Shown here piece after piece: positions 56,201 to 63,586 of a DNA stretch of 64,000 nt; position 1 is the first letter of the stretch, and the number at the start of each line of letters is the position of its first letter. The DNA is from an uncultured Victivallales bacterium (GTDB lineage: Bacteria; Verrucomicrobiota; Lentisphaeria; Victivallales; UBA1829). A model generated the notes under the pieces. That model worked only from the letters and a program-made list of their open reading frames with translations. It was not told where the DNA came from and searched no databases. The stretch spans positions 3,031-67,030 of the forward strand of contig CALXRL010000087.1 in the NCBI GenBank assembly GCA_944390735.1, given 5' to 3'. The position numbers were made by a program, and so were the translations under genes.

Positions 56201-56288
56201 CAAAACTGGAGTTGCGGATCGGATTGGCATCCGCGAGGAGGGGTCCGGCTGTCCCAGTAAGGAGAATGAGGAGAAAAGAGAGCTTCAT
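53271..56288 (-). CDS. secreted 1005-aa glycoside hydrolase, clan GH-A-like core flanked by CBM-like modules
   Basis: The signal peptide is [19 protein letters not shown]. The candidate acid/base motif is YEITNEPN and the candidate nucleophile motif is IWNTELYY. The C-terminal CBM9-like block is [13 protein letters not shown]. Confidence 0.85.
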   Translation of the reverse strand: MKLSFLLILLTGTAGPLLADANPIRNSSFELGRAEFGIRRYVRQRNPKHFQEPVFDTMEKIHGKQSIRFDNPGGDVIELVSREYKLIPGRVYTFSWYMKSSEPVDIRAGQYAGEMVTPTFSDWSMFTARNFRTSTQWKRHSITFTAKGKRSWYFTFFRWDRKGKPSSASVWFDALQIREGKDLLPYAPSAPAEGAVCGDRRVRFPGETLPCELRLVNYTDRPRPIHARLEIRDTLMPEIPFPGRTISQTVPPNGTLTLPLDTETRRFGHFRLSGLLEGDGFRQGLGDWFFTEIPRPQNRPINPKKEFATGINSNLGIPFKGIIPNAFRTMNGGGDPEFAEFLKRSGVVFLRLHDSGLQWKLMEPEPGNFDWTLSDDRFQFARRNGFALMPVFGNMLYLRDWGNEKRVFSPLPDWLLKSPATVIHKMKGLWDGVSPDPAAWTRLAEAISSHYKGQIAAYEITNEPNIALPGAKEYIPYLKSAAQIIKRNDPDALIIGGGLTTDYGGKTDQFLTDMGKSGVLKYCDALSFHPYASPLDSSPLSAQSALRNLRDLLKNYAPDLPIWNTELYYIGPAPSAHYAVAGRASHAQHLLRRTLIDLGEGVARTMPIADEQFLQNELAPHWELGDGMVHSGYIPHDLYTGQSVASHLLNGAAPMERFQWPSGATGYLYRMRNGQQLAAVWKTPDAQNFILELPDGEFEVLDMYLNAIPSRKTIPLSEFPVFLRGKNLRNDLKKAQLRGVLSFRILAAFPFLQNRRRTLLLEIQNLSPNKITAVVRPDFSEKPQTAEMEINGKALFFFPGAEQAIPGKTKVYLADGERNFTLTLPPFRRKLLRDGETGHGKGFSFTASGTKEGLHLTVTVRDVERGPRKADAPWNGDSIELFFDSAPLTNPGDAHAGKSVRRLFLAPPSSNGLPELKSTLGMKAENIRSEITMTRDGYQANARIPWSELGMKSSGLLGLDIKINNTTPDGRLSSEIWSGTSNNHRFRNGYGLWHPAQQTGKAQAE

Positions 56289-56857
56289 TTCCCTTTCTCC
56301 CAGATGAGATCCTTGGCATAGAGCTCGTTCAGGGAGTTCTGGAAAAGTCCAAACAGAAGATAGAGTTTGCCGAGTGACAGCGTGGAATCCGGCGTCGCTT
56401 CCGGAACCTTGAACTCAAATGAGTACCGTTTCCACTCTTTGTCCACCCGGAAGTTGATCGGGTTGAACCATTGCTTCCGTTTTTTCTCCCACGGACTGGT
56501 CAGCTGGATCTGGGCAAGACCCTCCCGATCGCCTTTGAACCAGCCGGAAACAAGGTAGGTCGTGCCGGCTTTGAATTCCAGATCTTTTGTTTGAACGCGC
56601 AGACGATCGAACGTCGCAAGTCCCGATTTTCTGGTGATTTTGAGCGCTTTTCCTCCATTGGCATGATCAAGGGCTTTGATGATTTGCACGGTCCCGGCCG
56701 TATCGTCCCCGCCGATGCTCCAGCGCCGTTCCTTTCTGAATTGTGATGGCTTTTCTCCTGTTTCTCCGTCAAAGGAAAAGAAGATTTTCTGTCCGTCGGC
56801 ACAGAACGGGAGGAGGAGGGAAAACGAGAAGATGAATGTCAAAGTTCGCTTTTGCAT
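56285..56857 (-). CDS. small secreted CBM-like beta-sandwich protein
   Basis: The signal peptide is MQKRTLTFIFSFSLLLPFCA. The pattern GGKALKI...GTTYLVSGWFKG...WKRYSFEFKVP resembles CBM4/9-type modules. It overlaps the hydrolase start as ATGA. Confidence 0.7.
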   Translation of the reverse strand: MQKRTLTFIFSFSLLLPFCADGQKIFFSFDGETGEKPSQFRKERRWSIGGDDTAGTVQIIKALDHANGGKALKITRKSGLATFDRLRVQTKDLEFKAGTTYLVSGWFKGDREGLAQIQLTSPWEKKRKQWFNPINFRVDKEWKRYSFEFKVPEATPDSTLSLGKLYLLFGLFQNSLNELYAKDLIWEKGK

Positions 56858-56983
56858 AAGAAATCCTTTCCTTGGTTGTTTTGATTGGCTTTTTCTGGAA
56901 ATTATAAAACATATTTCTTGAAAAATATTCGATAAAGTATATTTTTATATAGATAAAAGTAAAAATATATCAGGAAAAGTAAA

Positions 56984-57898
56984 ATGCGTCTATTGGATGA
57001 TCTTTCCATCTTCCTCCAGCAGAAAGCCCGGCTGCAATATCATGCAGGGGCTTTTTCTCTTTATCAGTCTGGAGAGAATCCCGACTCAGTACTTGTTGCT
57101 CAACGCAGTGAAGTGTTGGAACAGCTGGGAATTTTCTGTTGTTATCTGGGGCGGTCCGAAATCAGGGATTTTTATCTGCAGCGCCGCGTGAAACAGAATT
57201 TTCTCTCTCTGGAATACATCTATTCCGGAGAATTCTACATCCGCAACGGAGACCGGGGATATCTGGGGGAAGCCGGCGATCTCTTTCTCCTGCATCGCGG
57301 AATGGATCACGACCTGATGTTCCTGTCGGAAAAAAAATGCCGCAAAATGGGAATGATTCTTTACGGATGGATGCTGCCCGATCTTCTGAAACTCTTCCAG
57401 CTGGATCATGTCGATGTGATTCATCTCCCCGATTCAAAACGGCTGGATGATCTCTTCGACCGGATCCGAGATACGCTTCAGAACGCGGTGAGCCATGCCT
57501 CCTGCGAACAGAACGCCGCTTATACATTCGGTCTGCTTCAGATGCTTTCCAATGTCTCAAAAACAGAACCGCTTCCTCCCGAGATCGCCAGAATTCTCGA
57601 ATTTTTTGAAGCACACTGTTCCGAACCGCTGAATATCCGTCGGCTGGCATCCGAATGGGGGATGAGTCTGCCGACTTTGAATAAACGCTTCCGTGCCGCC
57701 GTGCATATGACGCCGTATCAGTATCTGCTTCGTCTCCGCCTTCAGCGCGCGGCATATCTCCTTCAGACGGACGACTGGACAATCAAGGAAGTCGCGGAAC
57801 TGGCGGGATATCGCAATCCCCTGCATTTTTCCTCGGAATTTCATCGGTTCCACGGCTGTTCGCCCCGGGAGTTCCGGAAGAAGCTGCATTCGTTTTGA
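56984..57898 (+). CDS. AraC family transcriptional regulator
   Basis: The C-terminal double HTH is IRRLASEWGMSLPTLNKRFRAAVHMTPYQY...IKEVAELAGYRNPLHFSSEFHRFHGCSP. Confidence 0.88.
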   Translation: MRLLDDLSIFLQQKARLQYHAGAFSLYQSGENPDSVLVAQRSEVLEQLGIFCCYLGRSEIRDFYLQRRVKQNFLSLEYIYSGEFYIRNGDRGYLGEAGDLFLLHRGMDHDLMFLSEKKCRKMGMILYGWMLPDLLKLFQLDHVDVIHLPDSKRLDDLFDRIRDTLQNAVSHASCEQNAAYTFGLLQMLSNVSKTEPLPPEIARILEFFEAHCSEPLNIRRLASEWGMSLPTLNKRFRAAVHMTPYQYLLRLRLQRAAYLLQTDDWTIKEVAELAGYRNPLHFSSEFHRFHGCSPREFRKKLHSF

Positions 57899-57962
57899 AG
57901 CGCTCCTCCGATTCGTTTTTCTGCCGGCGTCCCGGGGCCGGCCAGGAATGGTCCGAGAGTGG

Positions 57963-58718
57963 TCAGGGCTTGTATTTCAGTCCCTTGCTGCCGCCGGACC
58001 AGGCGTACTCCTGGAGCGGAAACCAGAACTTGCACTGCGGGGTGTCCGCTCCCCAGCTGGTGACGTACAGCGCACTTTTCCGATAGGAGGCAACATGTCC
58101 GTCAAACAGAGCGCAGTTGATGAGCCCGTCATGATTCTTGCTGGAAAGCGTCAGCGAGGAGAGGTTGCCGTCGACTTTTCCCCAGACGGAGAAGCAGTAG
58201 CCCGGATAAGCCGTGCTGATTTCCGTTCCCCGGTCGTTGTCGCCGAAGAGCAGCAGCTGGCTCGCCTGACGGATCATGCTGGTTTTGATCGGAACATAGT
58301 GCTCGTTATAAGCCGGCAGCAGCGAATCGTACAACGCAATCCCCAGCTTGCCTTCCCAGAAACTCCAGTTTTTTACCGAGGGACAATGCAGTTTCGTACT
58401 GTTTGTGTAGGGCTGGAGTTTGTAAAACCAGTAGGTCCCCGGTTTCGAGGAGTCGTCCATGACGGAACAGACGAAATCGTCGAAGTCCAGCGAATACTGC
58501 AGATAGGCAAGGGAAAACTGCTTCTGATTGGAGACACAGTTGATCTGTCTGCCACGCGCGCGCACCTTGTGCAGCGCCGGAAGAAGAAGCGCCGCCAGAA
58601 TGGCGATGATCGCAATCGTTACCAGAAGCTCAATAAGCGTAAAAGGAGGACGCTTCCGCAGAAAAACGGAACGTCGAAACAGATGAAAATTCATCGGGGT
58701 GTCGGTGGAATGTCGCAT
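57963..58718 (-). CDS. prepilin-type N-terminal domain protein with H-X9-DG motif (pseudopilin-like)
   Basis: It has [29 protein letters not shown] and the C-terminal [13 protein letters not shown]. It starts 12 nt after the GH5 stop. Confidence 0.9.
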   Translation of the reverse strand: MRHSTDTPMNFHLFRRSVFLRKRPPFTLIELLVTIAIIAILAALLLPALHKVRARGRQINCVSNQKQFSLAYLQYSLDFDDFVCSVMDDSSKPGTYWFYKLQPYTNSTKLHCPSVKNWSFWEGKLGIALYDSLLPAYNEHYVPIKTSMIRQASQLLLFGDNDRGTEISTAYPGYCFSVWGKVDGNLSSLTLSSKNHDGLINCALFDGHVASYRKSALYVTSWGADTPQCKFWFPLQEYAWSGGSKGLKYKP

Positions 58719-58730
58719 GAGAAACCTCCT

Positions 58731-61700
58731 TTATGGAAGACGTTTCAGCAGGATTCCGCGGAATTCACACTCCGCGGAGGTGGCCGAAAGGGTGAGGTTG
58801 CGGAATGCTCCGATATCGCACGGAAAACTTCCCGCATTTTTTCCGTTGCAGCGGACGGTGAGACACTTGTTATTCCAGTCAAGTTCCGCGGTCTGCCATT
58901 GTCCGGCGGTCATCCGCATTGTGCCTTTCGGCAGAACCGTTTCCGGACGGGAGGCGGATGATTCCTTCATGAATGTCGCTCCCGCAATCCGGTTCGGTCG
59001 GAAAATGGTCATGAGATTGCCTTTTTCTCCGATCAGATTCACCTGGGCAAATCCGTTCTTTTCGGAAAGAATCCGATATTCAAAACGGAGACGGAAGCCG
59101 GAATTCAGTTCCCCTTTGAAAACAGGAAGGCTTTTCCAGGCGTTGAGATTGTTCAGCTTATGAACACTCTGTGGAGATGCGTGAAAAAGAGTGGAGCTCT
59201 CTTTTGCCGCGGTCTGGAAATCGCGCAAGACGTTTTCCGGATTGCTGTATCGCAGGCGGACATTGCGGAATTCGCAGTTCGCGTATGCCGCCGAAAGGGA
59301 GATCGCCGTGATTTTCCCGGACTTGAAATCCACCGTTCCGCAATCCTCTCCGTTTCTCAGAAGCGAAAGATCGTTTCCCGTCAGGGAAAATTCAAGCGTT
59401 TCCCATTCGCCCTTTTTCAGCTTGAAGTTCGCTTTGGGAAAGCCGCTTTCCGGACGGTTGAGTCCGGGCGATTTCTGCGTACAGGTGAAGTTCACACTGT
59501 TCGGACGGCGCACCAGCTTGAAACTTCCGTTCGTTCCGGCGATGTCCACCGTTGCGAATCCTTTTTCCCCGTTCAGGATCCGGCATTCGAGCGAAAGGGT
59601 GAGCGCCTCCCCGGTCTCTCCCCGGAAAACGGGAATGCTCTTCCAGGCGTTGAGATTGTTCAGGGGAAGAACCTGTTTTTTCGCGCTCTGATAGAGCAGA
59701 AGATCCCTTCCGGTCTGTTCCATGGGGCCGACCGGTGCAAAGGTTCCGGCTTCCTTGCCGAGATTGCGGATGAGCACATCCTTGATCTCCAGATCGGTCG
59801 ATGCGCCGGAGACGCTGATAGAAGCCGTTTCCTCCGGAACAAACGGGATCTCTCCGCAGGGAATGCCGTTTGCCGCGACTTTCAGCTTGCCGTTTGCGCA
59901 GATGATATCGTACTGTCCCCAGTTGCGTTCGGGCACCGTGACGCCTCCGTTTCGGAATCCGGCCTCCCGACCGCCGTTCAGAAGATAGGAGACCCCGCGC
60001 GGCCGGATGAGAATGGTGCAGGAATCTTGTTCCCCGGTCAGCCGGATGGAGCCGAATCCCTTGTTCGAGCGCAGAATCCGCATTTTAAGCGTGATCTGGA
60101 AGTTCTCCCGGAAGGGTTCGGAGAAGAGGGGGATGGAGTTCCAGGCCTTGTAGTTCTTCAGCGGCTGAAGAGCGGGTTTGTCACACAGAATTCTGCCGTA
60201 TTGTTTCAGCGGAGGACGGACCGCATCGAATTTTTCCGGGAATTTGTTCTTTGCAAAATAGTCGTTCAGAGCCTTGGAGCGGCCGGTTTCGGCGACCGTC
60301 TTCAGCGAGGCATCCCTGTGGGGATCCCATGCCTGAAATTCGGCGATGCAGTGCCACATCCAGTCCCATCCGTATTCCTCGAAGAGTTCGATGCAGTCGC
60401 GCGTCCATTTTCCCCCGTCCTCCGCCCAGCTGACGCAGCAGAATTCGGAGACGAAAATCGGCACATTGTATGCCTGCTGAAAGTGACGCGCCGGAGCCAG
60501 CTCTTTGCGGATCATCTCCTTGTCCCACTTCAGTCCTTCAATGACCGAGGGATAGGTGATCGTCTTTTTCTGCGAACCGAGCCGCTGATGGCTGAACGGA
60601 AACGGGGCGTAATGATGAATTCCGTAAATGATGTTCTTCGCACGGATCGGACGCAGACGATCCATCGCGCGCTGTCCCCACCATGCCTCCTCCTGAACGA
60701 TCATCCAGCGGTCCGGGTCGATCCGGTTGATCCTTTTCGCGATCGTTTCCATGAGGTTGTTGTAATCGAATTTCGGTTCGATCCGGATTTCCATTTCGTT
60801 GTAGAGTTCAAACGCCCAGATGGCCTTTTCGCCTTTGAAGTGCGCGGCGACTTTGTCCCAGAACTGGATGTTGCGGTCATGCGCTTTTTTCTCCAGCGCG
60901 GAGGCGTGGGTCTCGGTATTGCCGATTTTGTCGCGGAAGCCGCAGAACTGCAGAACGCCGAGGGCTCGGCTGTGTTTCTTCAGAAAATAGAGAAAACGGT
61001 CGAACTGGCGGATGGAATGGTCGCAGAACTCGTCGAATTCCTTGTCGCTGATGTTCCAGCGGGGAGCGTTGACCGTGAATTTGTAGAGATTGCAGTTTTT
61101 CCATTCGGAGAAATGTTTGCGTGCGACGCGTTCCTTTGAAATCAGTCCGGCTCCGGTGTTGAGCCCGCGCAGCCGTCCGAGAGCGTGTCCTTTCGCGGGC
61201 GGCGGAGCATTCAATTTCGGCGCGGGAAGCGGACCTTCGACTACGGCAATTTTCAGATTGCGGAAAAAGATTTCCCCCCGGTTGCCGATGATTCCGAGCG
61301 AAAGGGTTGCTTTTTTCAGATCAATGGGAACGCGGGTGCGGAATTTCAGGGGTTTCCAGTCGAAGGATCCGCTGTATCCGTTGCAGCATTCGCTGTACCA
61401 GAGGCATTCGGTGTCGTAGTTCATCACGAAGCGCACGCCCTCCCACGGCACTTTCGGGACCGAGACGGAAAAGGCCTTTGCTTCCACCGAGATTTCCAGC
61501 ATGTAATTTTTATATTTTTCCAGAAGCGGGAGTGTTCTGGAGGCGAGAACCGCGCGATCGCGCGTCTGAGCCATATCGCCCAGAAGATCGCGGTTTGCCA
61601 TGGCTCTGGAGGCCAGTTTGCTCTGTTCGCTTTCGGATGTTACAATGACATGCAGTCCGTTTGCCCCGAATGAAATTCCTTTTTCCGTCCGCCACTCTTT

Positions 61701-61805
61701 TCCCTGAGTCAGCGGATCGCGGAGAAGCACCTGTTCCGCGGCGGAAAGCGTTCCGCAGAGACAGAGACCAGCAAGCAGAATCCGTCGTCCGATGTTTGGT
61801 TTCAT
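58731..61805 (-). CDS. secreted glycoside hydrolase family 5-like enzyme with N-terminal CBM-like module and three C-terminal tandem beta-sandwich repeats
   Basis: The signal peptide is MKPNIGRRILLAGLCLCGTLSAA. The GH5-type motifs are WAFELYNEMEI (acid/base), GIHHYAP and PIFVSEFCC (nucleophile). Confidence 0.88.
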   Translation of the reverse strand: MKPNIGRRILLAGLCLCGTLSAAEQVLLRDPLTQGKEWRTEKGISFGANGLHVIVTSESEQSKLASRAMANRDLLGDMAQTRDRAVLASRTLPLLEKYKNYMLEISVEAKAFSVSVPKVPWEGVRFVMNYDTECLWYSECCNGYSGSFDWKPLKFRTRVPIDLKKATLSLGIIGNRGEIFFRNLKIAVVEGPLPAPKLNAPPPAKGHALGRLRGLNTGAGLISKERVARKHFSEWKNCNLYKFTVNAPRWNISDKEFDEFCDHSIRQFDRFLYFLKKHSRALGVLQFCGFRDKIGNTETHASALEKKAHDRNIQFWDKVAAHFKGEKAIWAFELYNEMEIRIEPKFDYNNLMETIAKRINRIDPDRWMIVQEEAWWGQRAMDRLRPIRAKNIIYGIHHYAPFPFSHQRLGSQKKTITYPSVIEGLKWDKEMIRKELAPARHFQQAYNVPIFVSEFCCVSWAEDGGKWTRDCIELFEEYGWDWMWHCIAEFQAWDPHRDASLKTVAETGRSKALNDYFAKNKFPEKFDAVRPPLKQYGRILCDKPALQPLKNYKAWNSIPLFSEPFRENFQITLKMRILRSNKGFGSIRLTGEQDSCTILIRPRGVSYLLNGGREAGFRNGGVTVPERNWGQYDIICANGKLKVAANGIPCGEIPFVPEETASISVSGASTDLEIKDVLIRNLGKEAGTFAPVGPMEQTGRDLLLYQSAKKQVLPLNNLNAWKSIPVFRGETGEALTLSLECRILNGEKGFATVDIAGTNGSFKLVRRPNSVNFTCTQKSPGLNRPESGFPKANFKLKKGEWETLEFSLTGNDLSLLRNGEDCGTVDFKSGKITAISLSAAYANCEFRNVRLRYSNPENVLRDFQTAAKESSTLFHASPQSVHKLNNLNAWKSLPVFKGELNSGFRLRFEYRILSEKNGFAQVNLIGEKGNLMTIFRPNRIAGATFMKESSASRPETVLPKGTMRMTAGQWQTAELDWNNKCLTVRCNGKNAGSFPCDIGAFRNLTLSATSAECEFRGILLKRLP
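58734..60230 (-). repeat. three tandem ~166-169-codon domain repeats inside the GH5 gene
   Basis: The protein motifs are LKNYKAWNSIPLF, LNNLNAWKSIPVF and LNNLNAWKSLPVF. The DNA 23-mer ttccaggcgttgagattgttcag is identical at 59134-59156 and 59641-59663. A diverged copy lies at 60139-60161. Confidence 0.8.
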
Positions 61806-61849
61806 AAATCCTCCTGTTCTGTGTTTTGCAGTACTGGTTTCTGTCTTTC

Positions 61850-61878
61850 ATTATAAGCGGAACTCCATGGCGTGTCAA
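61850..61878 (-). promoter_or_regulatory. exact-consensus sigma70 promoter (TTGACA-N17-TATAAT, minus strand) for cassette E
   Basis: The plus strand reads attata at 61850-61855 and tgtcaa at 61873-61878. Confidence 0.65.
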
Positions 61879-61973
61879 TCCTTTTTCCGGGGGGAAAAAA
61901 TCGCATTTTGGCGGGAAGAAACTCTTTTTTGAATACTGTTTGATACTGTTTGATTTTTCTCTGATTTTTTCGC

Positions 61974-62001
61974 TTGCATTTTCTCCCCTCTGTGATATGA
62001 T
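61974..62001 (+). promoter_or_regulatory. sigma70-type promoter candidate for the GntR-SBP regulator (TTGCAT-N16-TATGAT with TG extension)
   Basis: TTGCAT lies at 61974-61979 and tgaTATGAT at 61993-62001. Confidence 0.5.
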
Positions 62002-62040
62002 GATTCGTGGAGAGAAAACAGAAGAAAGGAGTCCGGAAAG

Positions 62041-63426
62041 ATGGCAGGAAAGCGGAGAAGGATTCCGGCGACGAAACGTCTGGCCGGGGAATGGGAGAAG
62101 AGGATCCGCTCCGGGGAACTGAGGCCCGGCGATCCCCTTCCGTCCATGCGTGTGCTGGCGGAGGAGCGGAACGTGGATCTCTCCTCCGTTCTGGGGGCCT
62201 ACCGTCTGCTGGAGAAGCAGGGATTGATTGTGCGGGAGCACGGACGCGGCTGCTATGTCGGTTCGGAACCGTATCCGCCCCATCCCGGGCGGCGGCTTTA
62301 CGGATTTCATGAGAACTACGGGACGGATCTGGGGTGTCCGCCGGAGGAGTTCATCTGCTTTGATTTCGGGCCGTACAATGATTATCCGCGCTACTTTGAT
62401 TTTCTGAAGGATCGGATCGAACGGGAACCGGGACTGGTCCTGATGGATGAAAACATGCTTCCCGCGATGGCGGAGGAGGGGCTTCTCCGGCCGCTGGATC
62501 CTCTGTTGCGGGAGGTGCTGCCGGAAACGCTGCTCAAGGAGATTGCTCCGATCTGCCGTCAGGTCTTCCAGTATCGATCCGCCACGTATGCGCTTCCTCT
62601 TTTCTGTCTGCCGGTGATGGCCTACTTCAACCGGCGTCTTTTCGACGAGGCGGGAATCTCCCTGCCTGGCGAGAACTGGAGCTGGGAGACCCTGTTTCAG
62701 CTTCTGAATCAGTTCACGCTGTTTTCCAACCAGGGACGCTTTGAACGCGGCGCAATGGGGCTTCTGCTGGATCCATGCGGATGCCTGCCGATCATCACTC
62801 AGTTCGGCGGAGAGGTGTTCGACCGCAATGCCAACTGCGTCTTTGACAGCGAGGCTTTTTTCCGGGGACTCTGTTTCTTTGAAAAAATCATCCGTCATCT
62901 CGGCTGCTGTGTTCACAAGTGGGGGGACAAGCGGGAATATCTTGGCGAACTGCTCGCCGATGGAAGGATCGCATTCATCCTCGGGTCCGAACAGGATGCC
63001 GCGTTTGCCCGGGAACGACTCGCTCCGGAGGCATTTTTCGAACTGCCTCTTCCCGGATATGCCACGGGGCAGAAAACCGCGTTTTCCGCTCTGGGAATCG
63101 GTCTTTCCGCCGGAGGGTACGATCCCGCGGAGCTTCTCCGCTTTCTGGCGGAACTCTATACGCGGGAAAACCTTCTCGCCTTTGCAAAGAAGCTGCGGTG
63201 TCTTCCGGTCCTTGACCGGGAGGGGCTGACCGAAACATGCCGGAAGGCTCGTGATCAGAGCCGTCCGGTGGTGCAGTGCGCCACCCGGAACAGCGCGGAG
63301 GTCTGCCGGATTCTCTTTCACCGGCTTTTCTGCTGGATTCCGGTCCAGCGGCAGGAGCTTCGGGAGCTGTCGGAGGAGCTGTCCGGCATTATGAGGCGTC
63401 CGGTCAAGGGGGGACCGCCCGCTTGA
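62041..63426 (+). CDS. GntR-family wHTH fused to an extracellular-solute-binding-protein-like (MalE-fold-like) domain
   Basis: An AAGGAG RBS is present. The HTH is LPSMRVLAEERNVDLSSVLGAYRLLEKQGLIVREHGRGCYV. The remaining ~380 aa resemble ABC sugar SBPs (YFNRRLFDEAGISLPGENWSWETL). There is no signal peptide. Confidence 0.8.
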   Translation: MAGKRRRIPATKRLAGEWEKRIRSGELRPGDPLPSMRVLAEERNVDLSSVLGAYRLLEKQGLIVREHGRGCYVGSEPYPPHPGRRLYGFHENYGTDLGCPPEEFICFDFGPYNDYPRYFDFLKDRIEREPGLVLMDENMLPAMAEEGLLRPLDPLLREVLPETLLKEIAPICRQVFQYRSATYALPLFCLPVMAYFNRRLFDEAGISLPGENWSWETLFQLLNQFTLFSNQGRFERGAMGLLLDPCGCLPIITQFGGEVFDRNANCVFDSEAFFRGLCFFEKIIRHLGCCVHKWGDKREYLGELLADGRIAFILGSEQDAAFARERLAPEAFFELPLPGYATGQKTAFSALGIGLSAGGYDPAELLRFLAELYTRENLLAFAKKLRCLPVLDREGLTETCRKARDQSRPVVQCATRNSAEVCRILFHRLFCWIPVQRQELRELSEELSGIMRRPVKGGPPA

Positions 63427-63528
63427 AGCGCGAAAGAGAAATCGGAACGGAACTTCCTCTTTTCTTTTGAGATTTTCTTTTCAGAATTCAACTCCGGGAG
63501 GAAGCACCCCTCTCTCTGAATGCAGAAA

Positions 63529-63562
63529 GAGAGTCCGCCCTTTCGGACGGACTCTCTTTTTT
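63529..63562 (+). terminator. rho-independent terminator after the GntR-SBP gene
   Basis: A perfect 9-bp stem pairs gagagtccg (63529-63537) with cggactctc (63548-63556). T6 follows at 63557-63562. Confidence 0.75.
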
Positions 63563-63586
63563 CCGGTTGTGTTTTCCGGAATTCTG

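Noticed and set aside
54702-56321. 539-aa plus-strand ORF antisense to the cassette D hydrolase. The same applies to 59160..61139 (antisense to GH5) and 61510..63321 (antisense to the GntR-SBP gene and its promoter region).
   Set aside because: The reasoning is the same. The partner strand carries the recognisable gene in each case.
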